Shown here in pieces: positions 33,122 through 48,913 of a stretch of DNA of 64,000 bases. The stretch lies in the NCBI GenBank assembly GCA_951406725.2, contig OX597822.1, forward strand, positions 21,018,001 to 21,082,000. Direction: 5' to 3'. A model generated the notes under the pieces. That model ran no database searches. It was not told the origin of the DNA and worked only from the letters and a program-made list of their open reading frames with translations. The translations under genes and the position numbers were made by a program. The stretch is from Octopus vulgaris (Eukaryota). Positions within the stretch are counted from its first letter, which is position 1, and every line of letters begins with the position of its first letter.

Positions 33122-33852
33122 TATAAATTGGAACATTATTGTTCCTAAATCTCTTGGTGAGAGATTTTCAGTAGCAATACTTTAAAGTAATGGTTATTTG
33201 CCCACCTAATGTAGCAGTCCCAGCTGGGATGAATGCTACTGTTGTTTAGCTCTAGGAGACATCGTTTCCAGCTGGTTATATGACACACAATCTGTGTCAT
33301 TATATTTTCAAACAGGGGAATTTAGCACCCCCACCCAGCACAAAGTGGGGACTGCATGATTTCAGGGTTATTTCTCTTCATCAGCACAGAATAAATGTTT
33401 GGCTGAGGTGGTGTTGCTAAATCTTTGTTTGAAAATATAGCCAGCTGGAGATGATGTCCCCTGGAGATAAACAGCAGTAGCATTCATCCCAACTGGGACT
33501 GCCATATTAGGTAAGCAAATAACCTTTACTTTAAAGTACTGCTACTGAATATCTCTCATTGAGAGATTTAGGAACAACAATGTTTCTGTTTATTAGATCA
33601 GTAACTGTATGTCACTTAGAAAATTATATATATTTTCAAATGAAGATTTAGCAGTGCCATCTCTGCCAAACAGTTATTCTGTGCCAAGGAAGGGAAATAA
33701 TCCGGAAACCATGCAGTCCACAGATACTGCTTTGTGCTGGATGGAGGTGCTAAACTCCTCTCTTTGAAAGTATAAGGACACAGATTTTGTGTTGTATAGC
33801 CAGCATTCATCCCAATTGGGACTACCACATTAGGTTGGCAAATAACCTTTAC
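33122..33852. mobile_element. Retrozyme-like locus (family H2): inverted partial monomer followed by >1 tandem monomer of ~360 bp
   Basis: tatagccagc recurs at ~33437 and ~33796 with collinear sequence; degenerate HHRs at ~33345-33392 (-) and ~33678-33723 (+). Confidence 0.75.
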
Positions 33853-36847
33853 ATATATATATATATATATGTAGGCACACACGTACACAAACACACACAT
33901 ACACAAGAAGACAGAAAATGTGACATTGTCTGCAGGATTTGTTAATAGTAAATTGTTTCATGGATGTAAAGTTTTCTAGGAAATATATTTTGATCTTATT
34001 CAAAATAGTATCCCATACACGTGTACATGCATATGTTTGTGTGTGCATGTGTGAGTATATGTGTGCATACATGTATGCTTTTACTCTGTATTTCTGAATT
34101 TAAAATATAGATTTACATTGTTCTTATAAGAGGTTATAGGCTCTCATATTGGCTCTGGAAGCCACATGTAGCTTAAAGGTGCAAGATACTAACATCATTT
34201 ATAGGTCATTTCTTTACTGCACAATATACATAATGCTGGTGTTGTTGGTGCTGTAAGATTAGAAAAATTATCAATTTTGGTTGGTATTATGATTACAAGG
34301 TAATTAAGTACTGGAATGTTAGCAGACAACATTCTAAGTTGTGAAGAATCAGTATTTGAAATGTTAAACAAGGCAACTATCAATCTATTCCTCCTGTTCA
34401 CTATAATCAGAGACAATTTCAATACAGACAAGTTTCATATGTTTCTAGATTGTTTATTTTTTTTTAATAGATTTTGTCTGAAAATTTAAAATCTAATTTC
34501 TTTTTTAAAATGACAAAAAAAAAAAAGAAAGATAAAAAAGGAAAATTAAAATGGCTGAAATAACAATGCAGTGTCTGAGTAGTTAAAGCACTAAGTTGTT
34601 TACAGATAGTTAAAGAAGTTGAAATTATAATTCAGCCATAATACTATGTCTCACAGTAAAAAACAGGCAATGGCACACTGGATAATATATAACTAGATAC
34701 ACAATGCCAGCATAAAGAAAATGTTGTAGTCATGGTCAAAATGCTTTTGATCATAAGTTTTATGCATCAGGCCTGATTTGTGTCTAGACAACAAGAAAAA
34801 GCATTGCCCTTTCTAATATATTTCATAGTTTAAATTTAGTTACATTTGAGTTTTCAGTTAATGAGGTAAAAAAAGAATTCTGGTTGTATAAATGTTTTCT
34901 TTTGCCCAGTTCTTCATTGTTGACTGAAAGTGAATATTGTTGCCTACTGAACAATCTACCAACAGATGTATGTATTCTTGAGCCATCTGCCCTTTATTTA
35001 ACAATATTCTCCAGGTTAATTTGTTTACATACAGAGAATAGAATCTCACCTTTGGCATTTTATTGCTGATTTATCCAGGATGGCAGTCAGTGTAAGTGCA
35101 CAGACTGCAAAGGGATTCATTTGCTCAAATGCCTACATTTTGATGTCTCCCTAAATAACAAGTTTCTCTGCAGGGGAAACAAAACTTTAGTCTTGTCAGG
35201 GATGAGACAATGCCTCTGGTACTGATAAACAAATTTATTTTAGACAATGTGCAATAGAAAAGGTTCTATAATCAAGGAAAAGATAACCTCTCTAGTGCTT
35301 TTGCTATGACAAAATGAATCCAGTACATTTTATATGGTGGTTGGTGATATGGAACATATGAAAGAAATGTGATCTTCAAATCATAGTAGGTGGAAGTAAT
35401 AATTCTAAATAATAACTGATGCAAACCTTTATTATAATGAAGATGGACACCATTCTCAGCAACAACAAGCATAACTTTAGTTGAATGAAGAAGCCTCTAT
35501 GTGGTTGCCCAGTTTTCTGGAAAAAACAGTAAAGTGCTCAAATTTACACTTGAGCATCTTCAGAAAAAAAAAATATCAAATGTCCTAGTTATGAAAAAAG
35601 ACTGGCTGGTTATAGTTTTTAAGTGCCACTCTTGGTTTCACAAATGTTCCTAACATGCTTTAAACTTAATTACTTGCAGAAAGCATCTTGTGGTTGCATC
35701 GAAATAAGATGTTTACTCTTTTCTTATACCCACCTCTCTGTTCCTTTCTCTCTCTCTCCCTCTGTCTGTATATATATATATGTGTGTTTGTGTGTGTGTG
35801 TGTTTGTATCTTTATATCTTTCACTCTCTTACCATTTCTCTCTTTCCTTTTTCACCACTTTGTACTTTTCATCTAATGTCCATTCCTTTTGATTTTAAAA
35901 TATTTTTTCACGTAGCCAATTCATGTACGTACATGTATATGCACATATTTTGTATGTGTGTGCATACATGTATATAGACATTTTTGTATGCACACACACA
36001 AACACACACATGTATGGGTTTCCATCTCTAATTCAATAGTTTTATATGACTAGTGACACTCACTAATGGGTGAATTAGCATTTTAAGTGGATGTTAGAAA
36101 ATTGAGGGGTTGTTTTAATTTTTTTTTTTTTTGCTGTGCAAATTTGACTAATTTAAGTTAGTGATGACTTTTGTAATTTTCCCCAAAAATCAATAATGCA
36201 TGCATTAAACTAATAGTGTTGATTACCATTACTCTAATGTACCATATCTACTGTGATAGCCTATGATAGAGCATGCCATATTATTTCTTTGTTGAGAAAT
36301 AATTTCAAAATCTAATTTACAAAAGTAAAACTGACTGAAGTAAATGCTTCCTAAACTTCAAAGAACTTTTAAAGGCCAGCATTGAGCTTCATTTTCATGG
36401 AATTGAGCTTATGAGAAATACATTTTTTTTTTTTTTGCAAAATAGGACACAAGTTTATCACAAGTATCATTCTCAGATAATAGGATGGCTGTTCCTTGCA
36501 GCTAAGTGAAATTAAATTTATAAACTATCTGACCAAAAAATGTAAGATAACTGCAATAAGCTGGATTTGAAATCAAGATTTCTATGCTGCTACACCAAAG
36601 ACTCTTGCAAAATTAATAGCTAAAATTGAAATGAAATAACAAAGTCTTTATCATCATTATTTTAATGTTCACTATTCCATGTCTGCATGGTTCAGATAAG
36701 ATATATTGAGGTAGATATCCTGTAGTTGGATGTCTTTATATTGCTAACCTTCACCAATTTCTAAAAGAAGTAATATTCTCCATGGCCCAACAAGTTTTTG
36801 TGGAAGACTGGAAACAAAAGAGACTGCTTGTATGTGTATATATATGC

Positions 36848-36878
<31 letters not shown>

Positions 36879-36879
36879 A

Positions 36880-37560
36880 TAGGGTTCGTGTATACAGGGG
36901 GGCTAGAAAGAAATTAGATAACATTATATGTAATGATACCAGTGGTACCTGCCCTAGATATAGAAACAAAGAATGGAATAGAATACAAAGAGCTTGTGAC
37001 AAAGCAAACAGGGCGAACACGTGGTATAAAACCAACAAATATCAAGGAGTGATGTTTGTAGAGGCCACAGCCCATGGAGAACTAGCCCGTAGATTTAGAA
37101 AAGCTCTGAAGGAGACCAAACTCAACATTAAAATTGTTGAAAAGCCAGGGAACTCCATCAGATCACAACTTTGTAGGACGTACCCGTTTAAGAATACCAT
37201 ATGCACCAATGATAACTGCATGGTATGTAGAATTGCCCTGGCATTAACTGTAGAACTCGAAATGTAGTTTACAGCATAAGATGCATAGAAGGTTCTTGTA
37301 AGGACATGAACGTGATGTACATAGGGGAGACGTCTGGGAGCATTGCGGAACGGATAAATGAACATCTAAGACAATATGACGACAGAAAACAGTCCTCCAT
37401 ACTCTACCAACATGCAAAAGACAAACATGGAGGTAACTTGGGTCAACCTGACATCTGCATCTTATCCAAGCACCCAAAAGACCCAACACTCAGACAAATA
37501 CGGGAGTACGTCCTTATAAATGAAACTTCCCCAATATTAAATAGGAAATATACACAATAA
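36880..37560 (+). pseudogene. Penelope-like element C-terminal fragment: Cys-rich linker plus GIY-YIG endonuclease, frameshifted
   Basis: FVEATAHGELA...KIVEKPG...CTNDNCMVC, then VVYSIRC...MYIGETSGSIAERINEH; 5'-truncated at a TA tract. Confidence 0.8.
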
Positions 37561-38339
37561 ATACCATACCTCCATACCCACAGTTTACACAGGTAGAGTA
37601 GAATAGTTAGTGGACTGTTAGGTAGATAAATGTATGTATGTATGTAGGTGTGTTTATGTATGCCCCTTTTTTTATCATCATCATTATTTTTTTTTCTGCT
37701 ATATTTTCTCTTTTTTTCATATATTTTTTTATTTCATATTTTTTATTTTTGTATGTAAGCATTTAGATATGTAAATAAACAGATCAACATACAGACGGAT
37801 AGGTACATAGGTTACAAGAACAGACACATATTGAGACACGGATCCACTCATATAAAGATGCACATCCATACATACAAACATAGTACATAGTTACATAACA
37901 CACACAAGGAGACAGAGGTGTATACATATACAAACACGGACAGGCAAGCACATAAATATGCAGGATACGTACATACAGATGCACACACATACATACATAC
38001 ATATGCATACATACACATATATACATACATACACATGCAAACACACATACATACGTACTTGTATGCATGTATAGGCACACACACACATGCGCACAAACAA
38101 ACAAAAGGGAATGCAGTGTAAATAACGGACAGAGTCAAGACTATTGAAAACGTTGCAGGACGCAACGAAAATTTTAGGAAAATAAAAAGACGAAATAAGT
38201 GGAAATTTTACCGGTGAGTGTGTTAAATAATAAGGCACAAAAAGAGAATGACTCTCCCCAGACACAACAGAATATGCTTCAACACACGAAATCATATAAA
38301 GAATCTTTCAAACCAAATCCCAAAACGAAATAACATAAA

Positions 38340-38396
38340 TAATATATAAGTATATGTATATATGCATACATATATGTACATACCTACATATATATG

Positions 38397-38436
<40 letters not shown>

Positions 38437-39348
38437 TATATGGGTACAGCACATCAAAAAAACGTTGAACACAATGAGAAACGAAAACAAAAACAAAAAC
38501 ATAGAAACGAACTTTATTTTTCGAACAACAAAAACAAACAAACAGAGGAATGAGACATGCAACATTAAGAATATTCCCCTTCTTCAGTTTTCCCTGTTTC
38601 ATCTACTCTGCGTTTTAAAGGCAAGGACAATATGTGATATATTGAAACAGTCCTTCCCGCAAAGGAAATTAAATAAAATTTGTGTTTTTCTGCAGAGAGT
38701 GAAAGTGGTAACAAGAACAGGACAATGAGAACAAAACAGTAAAAACAAACGGTGACAGCTGTTAAGCGAAGGCGATATAAAAATTATTATGAATGCTATG
38801 AAGATGAGCTTATGAGAGGAGACTGTATAAGCACGTGTTGTCTTTAGGAAGGTAGTGGGCAGAAAGATAGATTCTCTTTCGTCACGTGTCAGCGATGAGA
38901 GAGTCGAGGAGGAGGAGTGAGAGAGAGGGAACGGTGAAGAGGAGAGGAGAAGAATAGGGAAGGGTGGGGGAGAAAGCCAGAAAGGATGAAGAACAAGAGA
39001 GGGAGAGAGATAGACAGAGAAGGGATAGTAGAAATAGAAGAGTGCACATCGTAATTATTAAGAAAGGATGCATGGCATTCAGTCATATAATAATATGAAT
39101 AATATATAAATATAATCATATATGCATACATATATGTACATACCTACATATATATGTATATATACATGAACATATGGGTACAGGATATCAAAAAATGTTG
39201 AACACAATGAGAAATGAAAACAAAAACAAGAACATAGAAACAAACTTTTCTTTCAAACAACGATAAACAAACAAACAGAGAAATGAGACATGCAACATAA
39301 AGAATATTCCTCTTCTTCAGTTGTCCCTGTTTCATCTACTCTGCGTTT
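38340..39348. repeat. ~270-bp direct repeat pair (~38340-38615 and ~39100-39348) downstream of the GIY-YIG fragment
   Basis: tgggtacag...gaacacaatgagaaa...catctactctgcgttt is present twice. Confidence 0.75.
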
Positions 39349-39944
39349 CGTGCCTTCATGCATTTCGTGCCTGTCGCTAGAAGGTGGTAGGGGATTGCTC
39401 CCCTACTCGCAATATCTTGGATGCAGCTGTGTATCGTTAACCAGCTAGAGGAAATGTCCTCTTGAGGTTAAAAAATTGCAGTAACATTCATTTGAATGGA
39501 CAGCCATATTGAAGTGGCTATGAACATTACTTATATATATATATGCATATGAATATTTACATATATATGCATATATATATTTACATATATATGCATATAT
39601 ATATTTATATATATGTGCATATATATGTAAATATACATATATATCATCATCATCATCATCATCGTTTAACGTCCATTTTCCGTGCTAGCACGGGTTGGAC
39701 GGTTTGACCGGGGTCTGGGAAGCCAGGAGGCTGCACCATATATATATAATAGTTTGCACTAATGAGTATGTGTCGATTAGTATGTTGAAATGTAGAGTAG
39801 AGTATTGGCACAGTGTGGGCTACCTGGTGTCATCCGCAGTTGGGGTATATTTCTGTTGGATCTACTTCAGGAACTCCTCAGTCTTAATTGAGGTAATAAT
39901 AATAGTTTCTTAAGTATAAAGTTGTGTCTCACTAAAGATCCTTG

Positions 39945-40330
39945 TATTTGTTTCAGTCATTTGACTGCAGCTATGCTAGAGCACTGTCTTGAAGGGTTGT
40001 AGTTGAACAAATCAATCCCAGGGCTTATTTCTTGAGCCTAGTACTATCAGTCTTTTTTGTTGAATCACTAAGTTATGGGGGCATAAACATATGTGGTGAT
40101 GCTAGGAGGGACAAAGACAGACACAAGGATGCACACACATAGATATAAACATACATACGACAGGCTTCTTTCATTTTCTTTCTACCATATCAACTCACAA
40201 GGTTTTCCTTGGTCCGAGGGTATAGTAGAAGAGACTTGCCCAAGGCACAACACAGTGGATCTGAACCTAGAACCAAGTGGTTGGGCAGGAAGCCACACCT
40301 GTACCTATCCAAACAGCCATGCCTGCACCT
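39945..40330 (-). mobile_element. SINE family S1
   Basis: tttcagtcatttgactgcagctatgct tail; acttgcccaagg...ctgaacc head. Confidence 0.75.
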
Positions 40331-40371
40331 GTATCTATACATATATATTGTATATATATATACATATATAT

Positions 40372-41108
<737 letters not shown>

Positions 41109-41478
41109 TCTCTCTATATATAAACGGCAGTTTGTCTGTGTGTGTTTCTGTGTGTCTGTTAGGTTGTACCCTCACCCTGACCACGGCTTTCAACCGATTC
41201 TGATGAAACTTGACACACACATAGCCCAATGTCATAATTCAAAACTAACGCTAGCGAAAATTTTGAAAAGTTCCCCCAGTTCTGAAAAAATCGATAAATT
41301 CGACATGGGGTCGAGAATCAGGAACACAAACCACAGACTGTCTAGGGGACGCAACTCGACCTTTTTAACTAAAAAAATTTTACCATCATTTTTTTCCCAT
41401 TTTTTGGCTATAACTCTCTAAAAATGCTTTATAGTTATTTCCCTTACAAACCCGAGCAACGCCGGGCGATACTGCTAG
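41109..41478 (+). mobile_element. Non-autonomous Helitron, body type C
   Basis: TCtctctatatataaacgg...cccgagcaacgccggg-cgatactgCTAG|T. Confidence 0.85.
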
Positions 41479-41481
41479 TAT

Positions 41482-41727
<246 letters not shown>

Positions 41728-41770
41728 ATATATATATATATCATATATATTTATATATATATATCATATA

Positions 41771-42157
41771 TCTCTCTCTATATATAAACGGCAGTTTGTC
41801 TGTCTGCGTGTCTGTGTGTCTGTTAGGTTGTACCCTCACCCTGACCACGGCTTTCAACCGATTCTGATGAAACTTGACACACACATAGCCCAATGTCATA
41901 ATTCAAAACTAACGCAGCGAAAATTTTGAAAAGTTCCCCCAGTTCTGAAAAAAAATCGATAAATTCTGACATGGGGTCGAGAATCAGAAACACAAACCAC
42001 AGACTGTCTAGGGGACGCAACTCGACCTTTTTAACTCTCAAAAAGAATTTACCATCATTTTTTTCCATTTTTTTGCTATTTTTTGGCTATAACTCTCTAA
42101 AAATGCTTTATAGTTATTTCCCTTACAAACCCGAGCAACGCCGGGCGATACTGCTAG
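41771..42157 (+). mobile_element. Non-autonomous Helitron, body type C (second copy)
   Basis: Near-identical to 41109-41478. Confidence 0.85.
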
Positions 42158-42862
42158 TATTTATATGTATATATCATATATATTTATATATATATATCAT
42201 ATATATATATCATATATATATATATATATATATATATGATATATATATATAATATATATATGATATATATATATATATATGATATATATGATATATATAT
42301 ATGATATATATATATATATATATGATATATATGATATATATATATGATATATATATATATATGATATATATATATATATATTTTTTTATATATGATTGAT
42401 ATATATATATATATATATATATATATGCTCACACACATACACACATATATTTATATATATATGTATGTATACATATAAACATTTCTATTATTCCTTTATT
42501 CAGTGTACATTGTTATTGTATTGACTGCAGAAATCCTTGCAACATAGATTCTTCCTTTCTCTTTCTCTAAATCTAACAAAATGTTCACCAATTGTTACTT
42601 AAAATAGTAAAAGAAATGGCATAAACATTACTCAGATGCTTTATGGCATCTAATTTTTATAGAAATTTCGAGTTTGAATTCATTCAGTTCCAACTCTGGT
42701 TTACATATTCATTGGTCATAATGAAAACTACCTTGTTTTATGTCATCGTACTCTAATAAACCTTGTGCTTCACCATATGAAATCACTCTGATGTTAATAC
42801 AGGTTACTTTTGTTTCATTTAAAATGTCACCAAATAGTTAATAATGTTTTCTGGAAACTTAA

Positions 42863-43083
42863 CCCCTTGTTACCAACCTGGCTGAAACCGCCTCTGGCTC
42901 TGTAGTACAAATGTCTTGTTTTCATAAGTTTTGAATTAAAATCTTCCACCAAACCTTAGTCACAATTCATGTTACTACCACTAGCTGAATGATAACTAAG
43001 TTATTTTACTAAATTCTTTGTTGTATTTAAAATTAATTAAAAGAAACTCAGAGCATCTCAAAATAAATACAGTAACGAAAGGG
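42863..43083. mobile_element. piggyBac-type MITE
   Basis: TTAA on both sides; TIR ccccttgttac / gtaacgaaaggg. Confidence 0.75.
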
Positions 43084-44541
43084 TTAATGAAATCAAACAT
43101 GCAACATTTATTATAGAAAATATTTATCATAGTATCATCAATATTCCTGTTTCTTACTGGGAGCAAGGATAAATTTATCAGTGATGGTTTAGTTAAATAT
43201 ATTATAGTGATGTATTTATCATTTTGTCACAGATAATAGAAAAGCTATTTGCGAGTAATGCTTCATATTGTAACAGATCAAAATCTTTGCCAACTTTAGT
43301 GTTACTTTAAAAATTAAATATTGAGATTCATTCCTAGTACCAATATCCTTTCAAACACATCAAAAGCATACAGATATAATAAAACACTTCAAAATAATTG
43401 TATACCTGTTGTTGCTAAGATTATTTTTAGCAAAATTCTATATCTAGCATCAGTTGGTAAACATTGACTGCCAATGAAAGAACAGAGGTTTTACAAAAAT
43501 ATTGTTCCTCTACAAAAAAGACTGTTTTGGCTCATTTCTGTTTGATGAAATATTTTCTTTTTCCAATTATCTCCTCTATATCATCTCAATGTTGACCTTG
43601 TACTAGTGAGCAGCAGTTAATGTAAAAACAGAAGAAAATTTATTTCTAACATATAAAATATAGCCAACAGCTACAAGGGCTTAAGAAAGAAACAAACAAA
43701 CCAGATTTCATTTCCCTCTATTACCACAACTACCATTTAATTGATACTGCTTCTTATATTTAGAAGAATATTTTATTGTATTTAACTTTGATTGCACGGC
43801 TAACTCACAATGTGTCATTACACTCATATCAAACACCAAAACAGTACATCATTAACAATGTGTTAGGAAGCAAACTTCTTAAACACAAAACTATGCACAC
43901 ACACACACATTCACACACTCTGACACACACATACACACACACATTCCTCAATTCACATGTATTTATATGCTTGTGAATGTATGTATGCAGCCATCTGTTT
44001 TGGAACCCATGTATCATCATCAGCATCATCACTGACCAACTGTATCTTCATGTTTCCAGTATATTATTTTCAATCACACATTATATATATATATATATAT
44101 ATATATATTTCATATATATGCATATATATGTAAATCTTTTTTTTTTCTTTTTAGTTTCAGCTCAGAGCTGCGGCCATGCTGATGCACCGCCGTTTATAAC
44201 ATTTCTATATGCAATATACCCTGTAGATCTAGGAAGACCATGATTCATATGAGAACTCAATACACAATTGTGTAGAGAGTAGACTCTATTTTGATAGTCA
44301 GAGGTCTAGACCTGCATCATGGATGAGCCCTCTACAGTGCCTTTTCCTAACATACCTACATACAAACATATGTATGTATGTAAGTATGTATTCATACAAG
44401 ACATATGTGTACACAGACACAGACACACACACACACACACACGCACAAACACACACACACAGACAGACACATGCTCACACGCACACACACACACAAATAT
44501 ATTATTTAGTATATATAATGAATCAATTATCTTTATATATA

Positions 44542-46161
44542 CTTAGTGTGATGGGTAAGTTATTGCCATTTTATATTTTCAATTTCGCACGTGTGCATTG
44601 TTTGTTTTTGATTTTGACAACTACGAAATATAGTAGGGTCAGTTGGGCACCGTCCGTGAGAAAAAACAGCACCATGATGTAATTAGCTCTGCCAGAAATT
44701 CGAAAATGACATACTGTACTGCTTGCAATTCACACTGGATGTTCTAATATAAATGTTTCAGAGTGTTTAGCTGTCGATCTGAGGACAATGCAGAGGATTC
44801 AGAAAGAGTTGGATGAGTCTAATGGTGATTATGAAGGTATGGCAGCTTGGAAAACTCACTCTAATCATTTTGATGAGAAACGAATTCATGAATTTGTTGG
44901 TGAGATCCAAGCCATGATTGACAACGATCCCTCCAAGTCAAGCAGGTCCATCGCTAGGGACATTGGAATGTCTGAGTTTTTATCAGGCAGGTAGTGCATG
45001 AGCACATTGGGTATTCCTCATACAAGATGAGAAAGGGCCAATTTTTATCCTAAGCCTCAAGGACAAGAGGAAAGACCGAGCTACAAAGCTTTTAAACAAA
45101 CTCAAGCATCCCTTCCAATCGAACATGCTTTGGTTCTTCTCAGATGAGAAAAGTTTCTGCCAGGCTCAGATGGTGAACACACAAAACAACCGTTGGTTCC
45201 CCAAAACATGTAATGAGAGTTACAAAATCAAGCATCCAACCAACATCATGGTGTCTGGAGTGATAAGTAGTGATAGCAACATTGTCTCTCCATTCATCTT
45301 CTCAAATGGCCTCGGACTCAACATGGAGGCCTACACCAAATGGCTGGAGGAGGTAGTGCTGCCCTGGGTGAAGAAGGTGGCTGCTGGGAGACCCTATGTC
45401 TGGCAACAGAATTCTGCACCATGCCACACAAGCAGGAGAGCCCAGTGATGGTTATCAGACAATTTCAGCGACCATACCACCCCTAAAATTTGGTTGCCTA
45501 ACTCCCCAGATTGTAACATCATCATCATCATCATCGTCGTTTAACGTCCGTTCTCCATGCTAGCATGGGTTGGACGGTTCGACCGGGGTTCTGGGAAGCC
45601 AGAAGGCTGCACCAGGCTCCAGTCTAATCTGGCAATGTTTCTACAGCTGGATGCCCTTCCTAACGCCAACCACTCCGTGAGTGTAGTGGGTGCTTTTTAC
45701 GTGCCACCTGCACAGGTGCCAGGCGGGGCTGGCAACGGCCACGGTCAGATTGGTGTATTTTATGTGCCACCAACACGGAAGCCAGTCGAGGCGGTGCTGG
45801 CATCGGCCACGAGTCGGATAGTGCTTTTTACGTACCACCAGACCAGGGATCCTGGCTGGTTCAGGGGCACTGTTGAGTGAGAGTCCAAAAAAACTCCTTG
45901 TAACAGCAAAGATGAACTGAAGGCAAGGATTATGGCAACATTCACTAATATAAACAAGAAGACCGTCCAGAAGATTTGCAGAAGTTTCCGAAGTTGTCTG
46001 CAGGCCGTGGTTGAAGCCAATGTTGCTTTTATTGAATAAATTTACTCGTTAGTGCTTCAAGGTATATTTATGTAATTTTGGTAAATTTATCTGTTAAATG
46101 AGATGTCAGTGTTATTTTCATTTTTGCATAATTTAGACAACAATTTATTCACCGCACCCTG
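44542..46161 (+). mobile_element. Decayed Tc1/mariner DD37D (maT-like) transposon
   Basis: WFFSDEKSF, VWQQNSAPCH and WLPNSPDCN motifs; spacing fits DD37D; degenerate TIRs with TA flanks; stops and frameshifts. Confidence 0.85.
45518..45860 (-). mobile_element. RTE LINE 3' end inserted into the transposase catalytic motif
   Basis: catcatcgtcgtttaacgtccg begins immediately after the SPDCN codons. Confidence 0.85.
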
Positions 46162-46192
46162 TATATAAATATATATATAAATATATGCATAC

Positions 46193-46235
<43 letters not shown>

Positions 46236-46249
46236 TATATGCATACATG

Positions 46250-46287
<38 letters not shown>

Positions 46288-46288
46288 C

Positions 46289-46333
<45 letters not shown>

Positions 46334-46334
46334 C

Positions 46335-46367
<33 letters not shown>

Positions 46368-47071
46368 GTGTGTAAGTTTGTATGTGTGTATATATATACA
46401 CACACACACACGTGTGTGTGTGTGTGTGTGTGTATGCAGGTGGGTATGTTTGTAAGACTAATAAAAGACAAAAATCATACATAACCCAGGTCTATTTTAT
46501 ACACTGACCCCCCACCCCACACACACACACATATATATAATATTAGGTAAAGGATATTAGAACATTGGTTTCGTTAATGATGATGATATTGTTGTACTTG
46601 TGTGTGCATGTGTTTGCGTGTGTATATTCAAATATATGTAAATAATGCAGCTATTATGTATAGTTATATCTATCTGTATGTAGATAAGCAAAAATATTTA
46701 AAAAATGAGTGAGACAAAACTGTCAGACAGAAAAATGAATTTTTTAAAATTATATAACATGCTTCTTATTTTCAAAATGTCTTCTAATTTTCATCTTTTC
46801 AAAATGTATTACTTTGAAGAGTAGTTTTTGATAACAACAAAACAAACAACAACTATTTTTATAAACAAGTACGAAAGCAATTACATTACATATGCACATG
46901 CATATGTAAACATGCTCATAGACACACATACCTATATATGTTGATTTCTATCTATTTATCTATCTGTCTATATACATACATATATCTATATAGGTGTATA
47001 TATACATATTTCTATATAGGTATATATATATATATATATATATATAAATACACACAAATACATATACATGC

Positions 47072-47108
<37 letters not shown>

Positions 47109-47141
47109 TATATATAAATACACACAAATACATATACATGC

Positions 47142-47184
<43 letters not shown>

Positions 47185-47562
47185 CACATACATAGAAATG
47201 TATATATATGAATATACATACATACACAAATTTGTTATATATATATATTTACATATGTACACACATTTGTTATATATATGTATACATACATATACACATT
47301 TATTTTTTATATGTGTATATATATAATGCAAAATTTGAAATTTGTGAAACATTTCTTGGATGAAATGAATTATAAGTTATTAAATCTTCCTTGTCTAGTT
47401 AATAATTTCCATGCTACAGCCTGCACATTAAAGACTAGATTATTTAGTTTGTTTCTGTATGTTGAGTTTGTATTTGAAGTATTTTTTTAAGTGTGAAAAA
47501 TTTTACAAATAAAGTAAAATGAAAATATAATTAATTTCAAATACATAAATGCAGACATGACA

Positions 47563-47615
<53 letters not shown>

Positions 47616-47756
47616 ACATACTCACATGCACATGCTTGTGCACACATACATATGCATGCAAGTACACAGACATATACACAAAGATTCAAACATGTAGAGA
47701 TACAGTTAATACATTTAGGGTTGTTGCAAAGTTCATAAATATATAAGTGCCGGATA

Positions 47757-47990
47757 TGTTTCTTTATTAGCCACACAGAGCTGAACACAGACGGGACAAA
47801 TTACAAAATAGAGCTTTTCTTTTTGGGGAGAAAAAAGTGGGGTAGGTTTTCGATCAAAAGGGATCATAAAAAGGAAAGAAAAAAAAAACGATCAATAGGG
47901 ATCGTGTATCACAGAAATCTCATGATGTAAAATGAAAAGGGGGAAGCAAATAAGGTTTATCCGTGGAAAGAAAAGCCTACAGAGAATAGC
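47757..47990 (-). mobile_element. Probable LINE 3' UTR fragment
   Basis: Minus strand ends tgtcccgtctgtgttcagctctgtgtggctaataaagaaa, similar to the 3' tail of the SINE at 49173. Confidence 0.5.
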
Positions 47991-48730
47991 CATGTGCTTA
48001 AGATTCCATCGGAAACCATGTATTAGGGTTATATCATAGCAATGTGTGACATCATAGCAATGTCTATTCTACTGTAGAATGTATTTGGCTCAACCATATG
48101 AGTTGTATTTTGCTTACAGACATAAAGGGAAAAGGGCAGAACCCATACGAAATTTTGGGGCTCCTAAGACTGGTGGAAGGAAAGGAGGAACTTATTGTCA
48201 GACTAAAGGAGTATCCCTTGTGTCATACTTCAGCCATTCAACTCTGTGTAATGCTAACCCTCTTTCTACTACACTGCCAGTCAAGTGAATGGGCTCTTTA
48301 GTTTTGCGAGTTACATAGTAAATCCACTAGAGTTGGCACCATAACAAACACCTGATAGAATCTGTGAATTGGTAAGTGAAATGATGGTCATCCAGCAGTA
48401 GAAATCATACCAAAGCAGACACTGGATAATGATGCTGTCCTCCAACTGAGCAGGTCCTGTTGAATTGTGTAACCCATGCCAGCATGGAAGATAAATCTAA
48501 ATGACGATGATACTATGTGCACAATAGCATAAAACTAGAAACATCTCCTCTGAGGAAATGATCAACAATCTGTGGAAAAGCCTATCAGAACCCATCATTT
48601 TCCCACTTATCAAAAAAGCATAGAATGAAAGTTTTTACGTTCTTATTTCTATATATTTATTGCTAAGCTTTCAAATATTTAATGCATTTCATTTCTTCTA
48701 ATTCACATTGTGTTGTGTATATGTGTGTGA

Positions 48731-48778
<48 letters not shown>

Positions 48779-48881
48779 ACATATAATATATGTATATATA
48801 CACATATACATATACAAATATTTGTGTGTATATATACATATATGTATGGACATGGGTGTGATTCTCTCTCTCTCTGTATTT

Positions 48882-48913
<32 letters not shown>

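Noticed and set aside
38570-38625. Minus-strand (G)AAACGCAGAGTA...CTGAAGAAGGGG resembling a type II hammerhead (also ~39300-39350)
   Set aside because: The segment between the cleavage site and the core cannot form stem I
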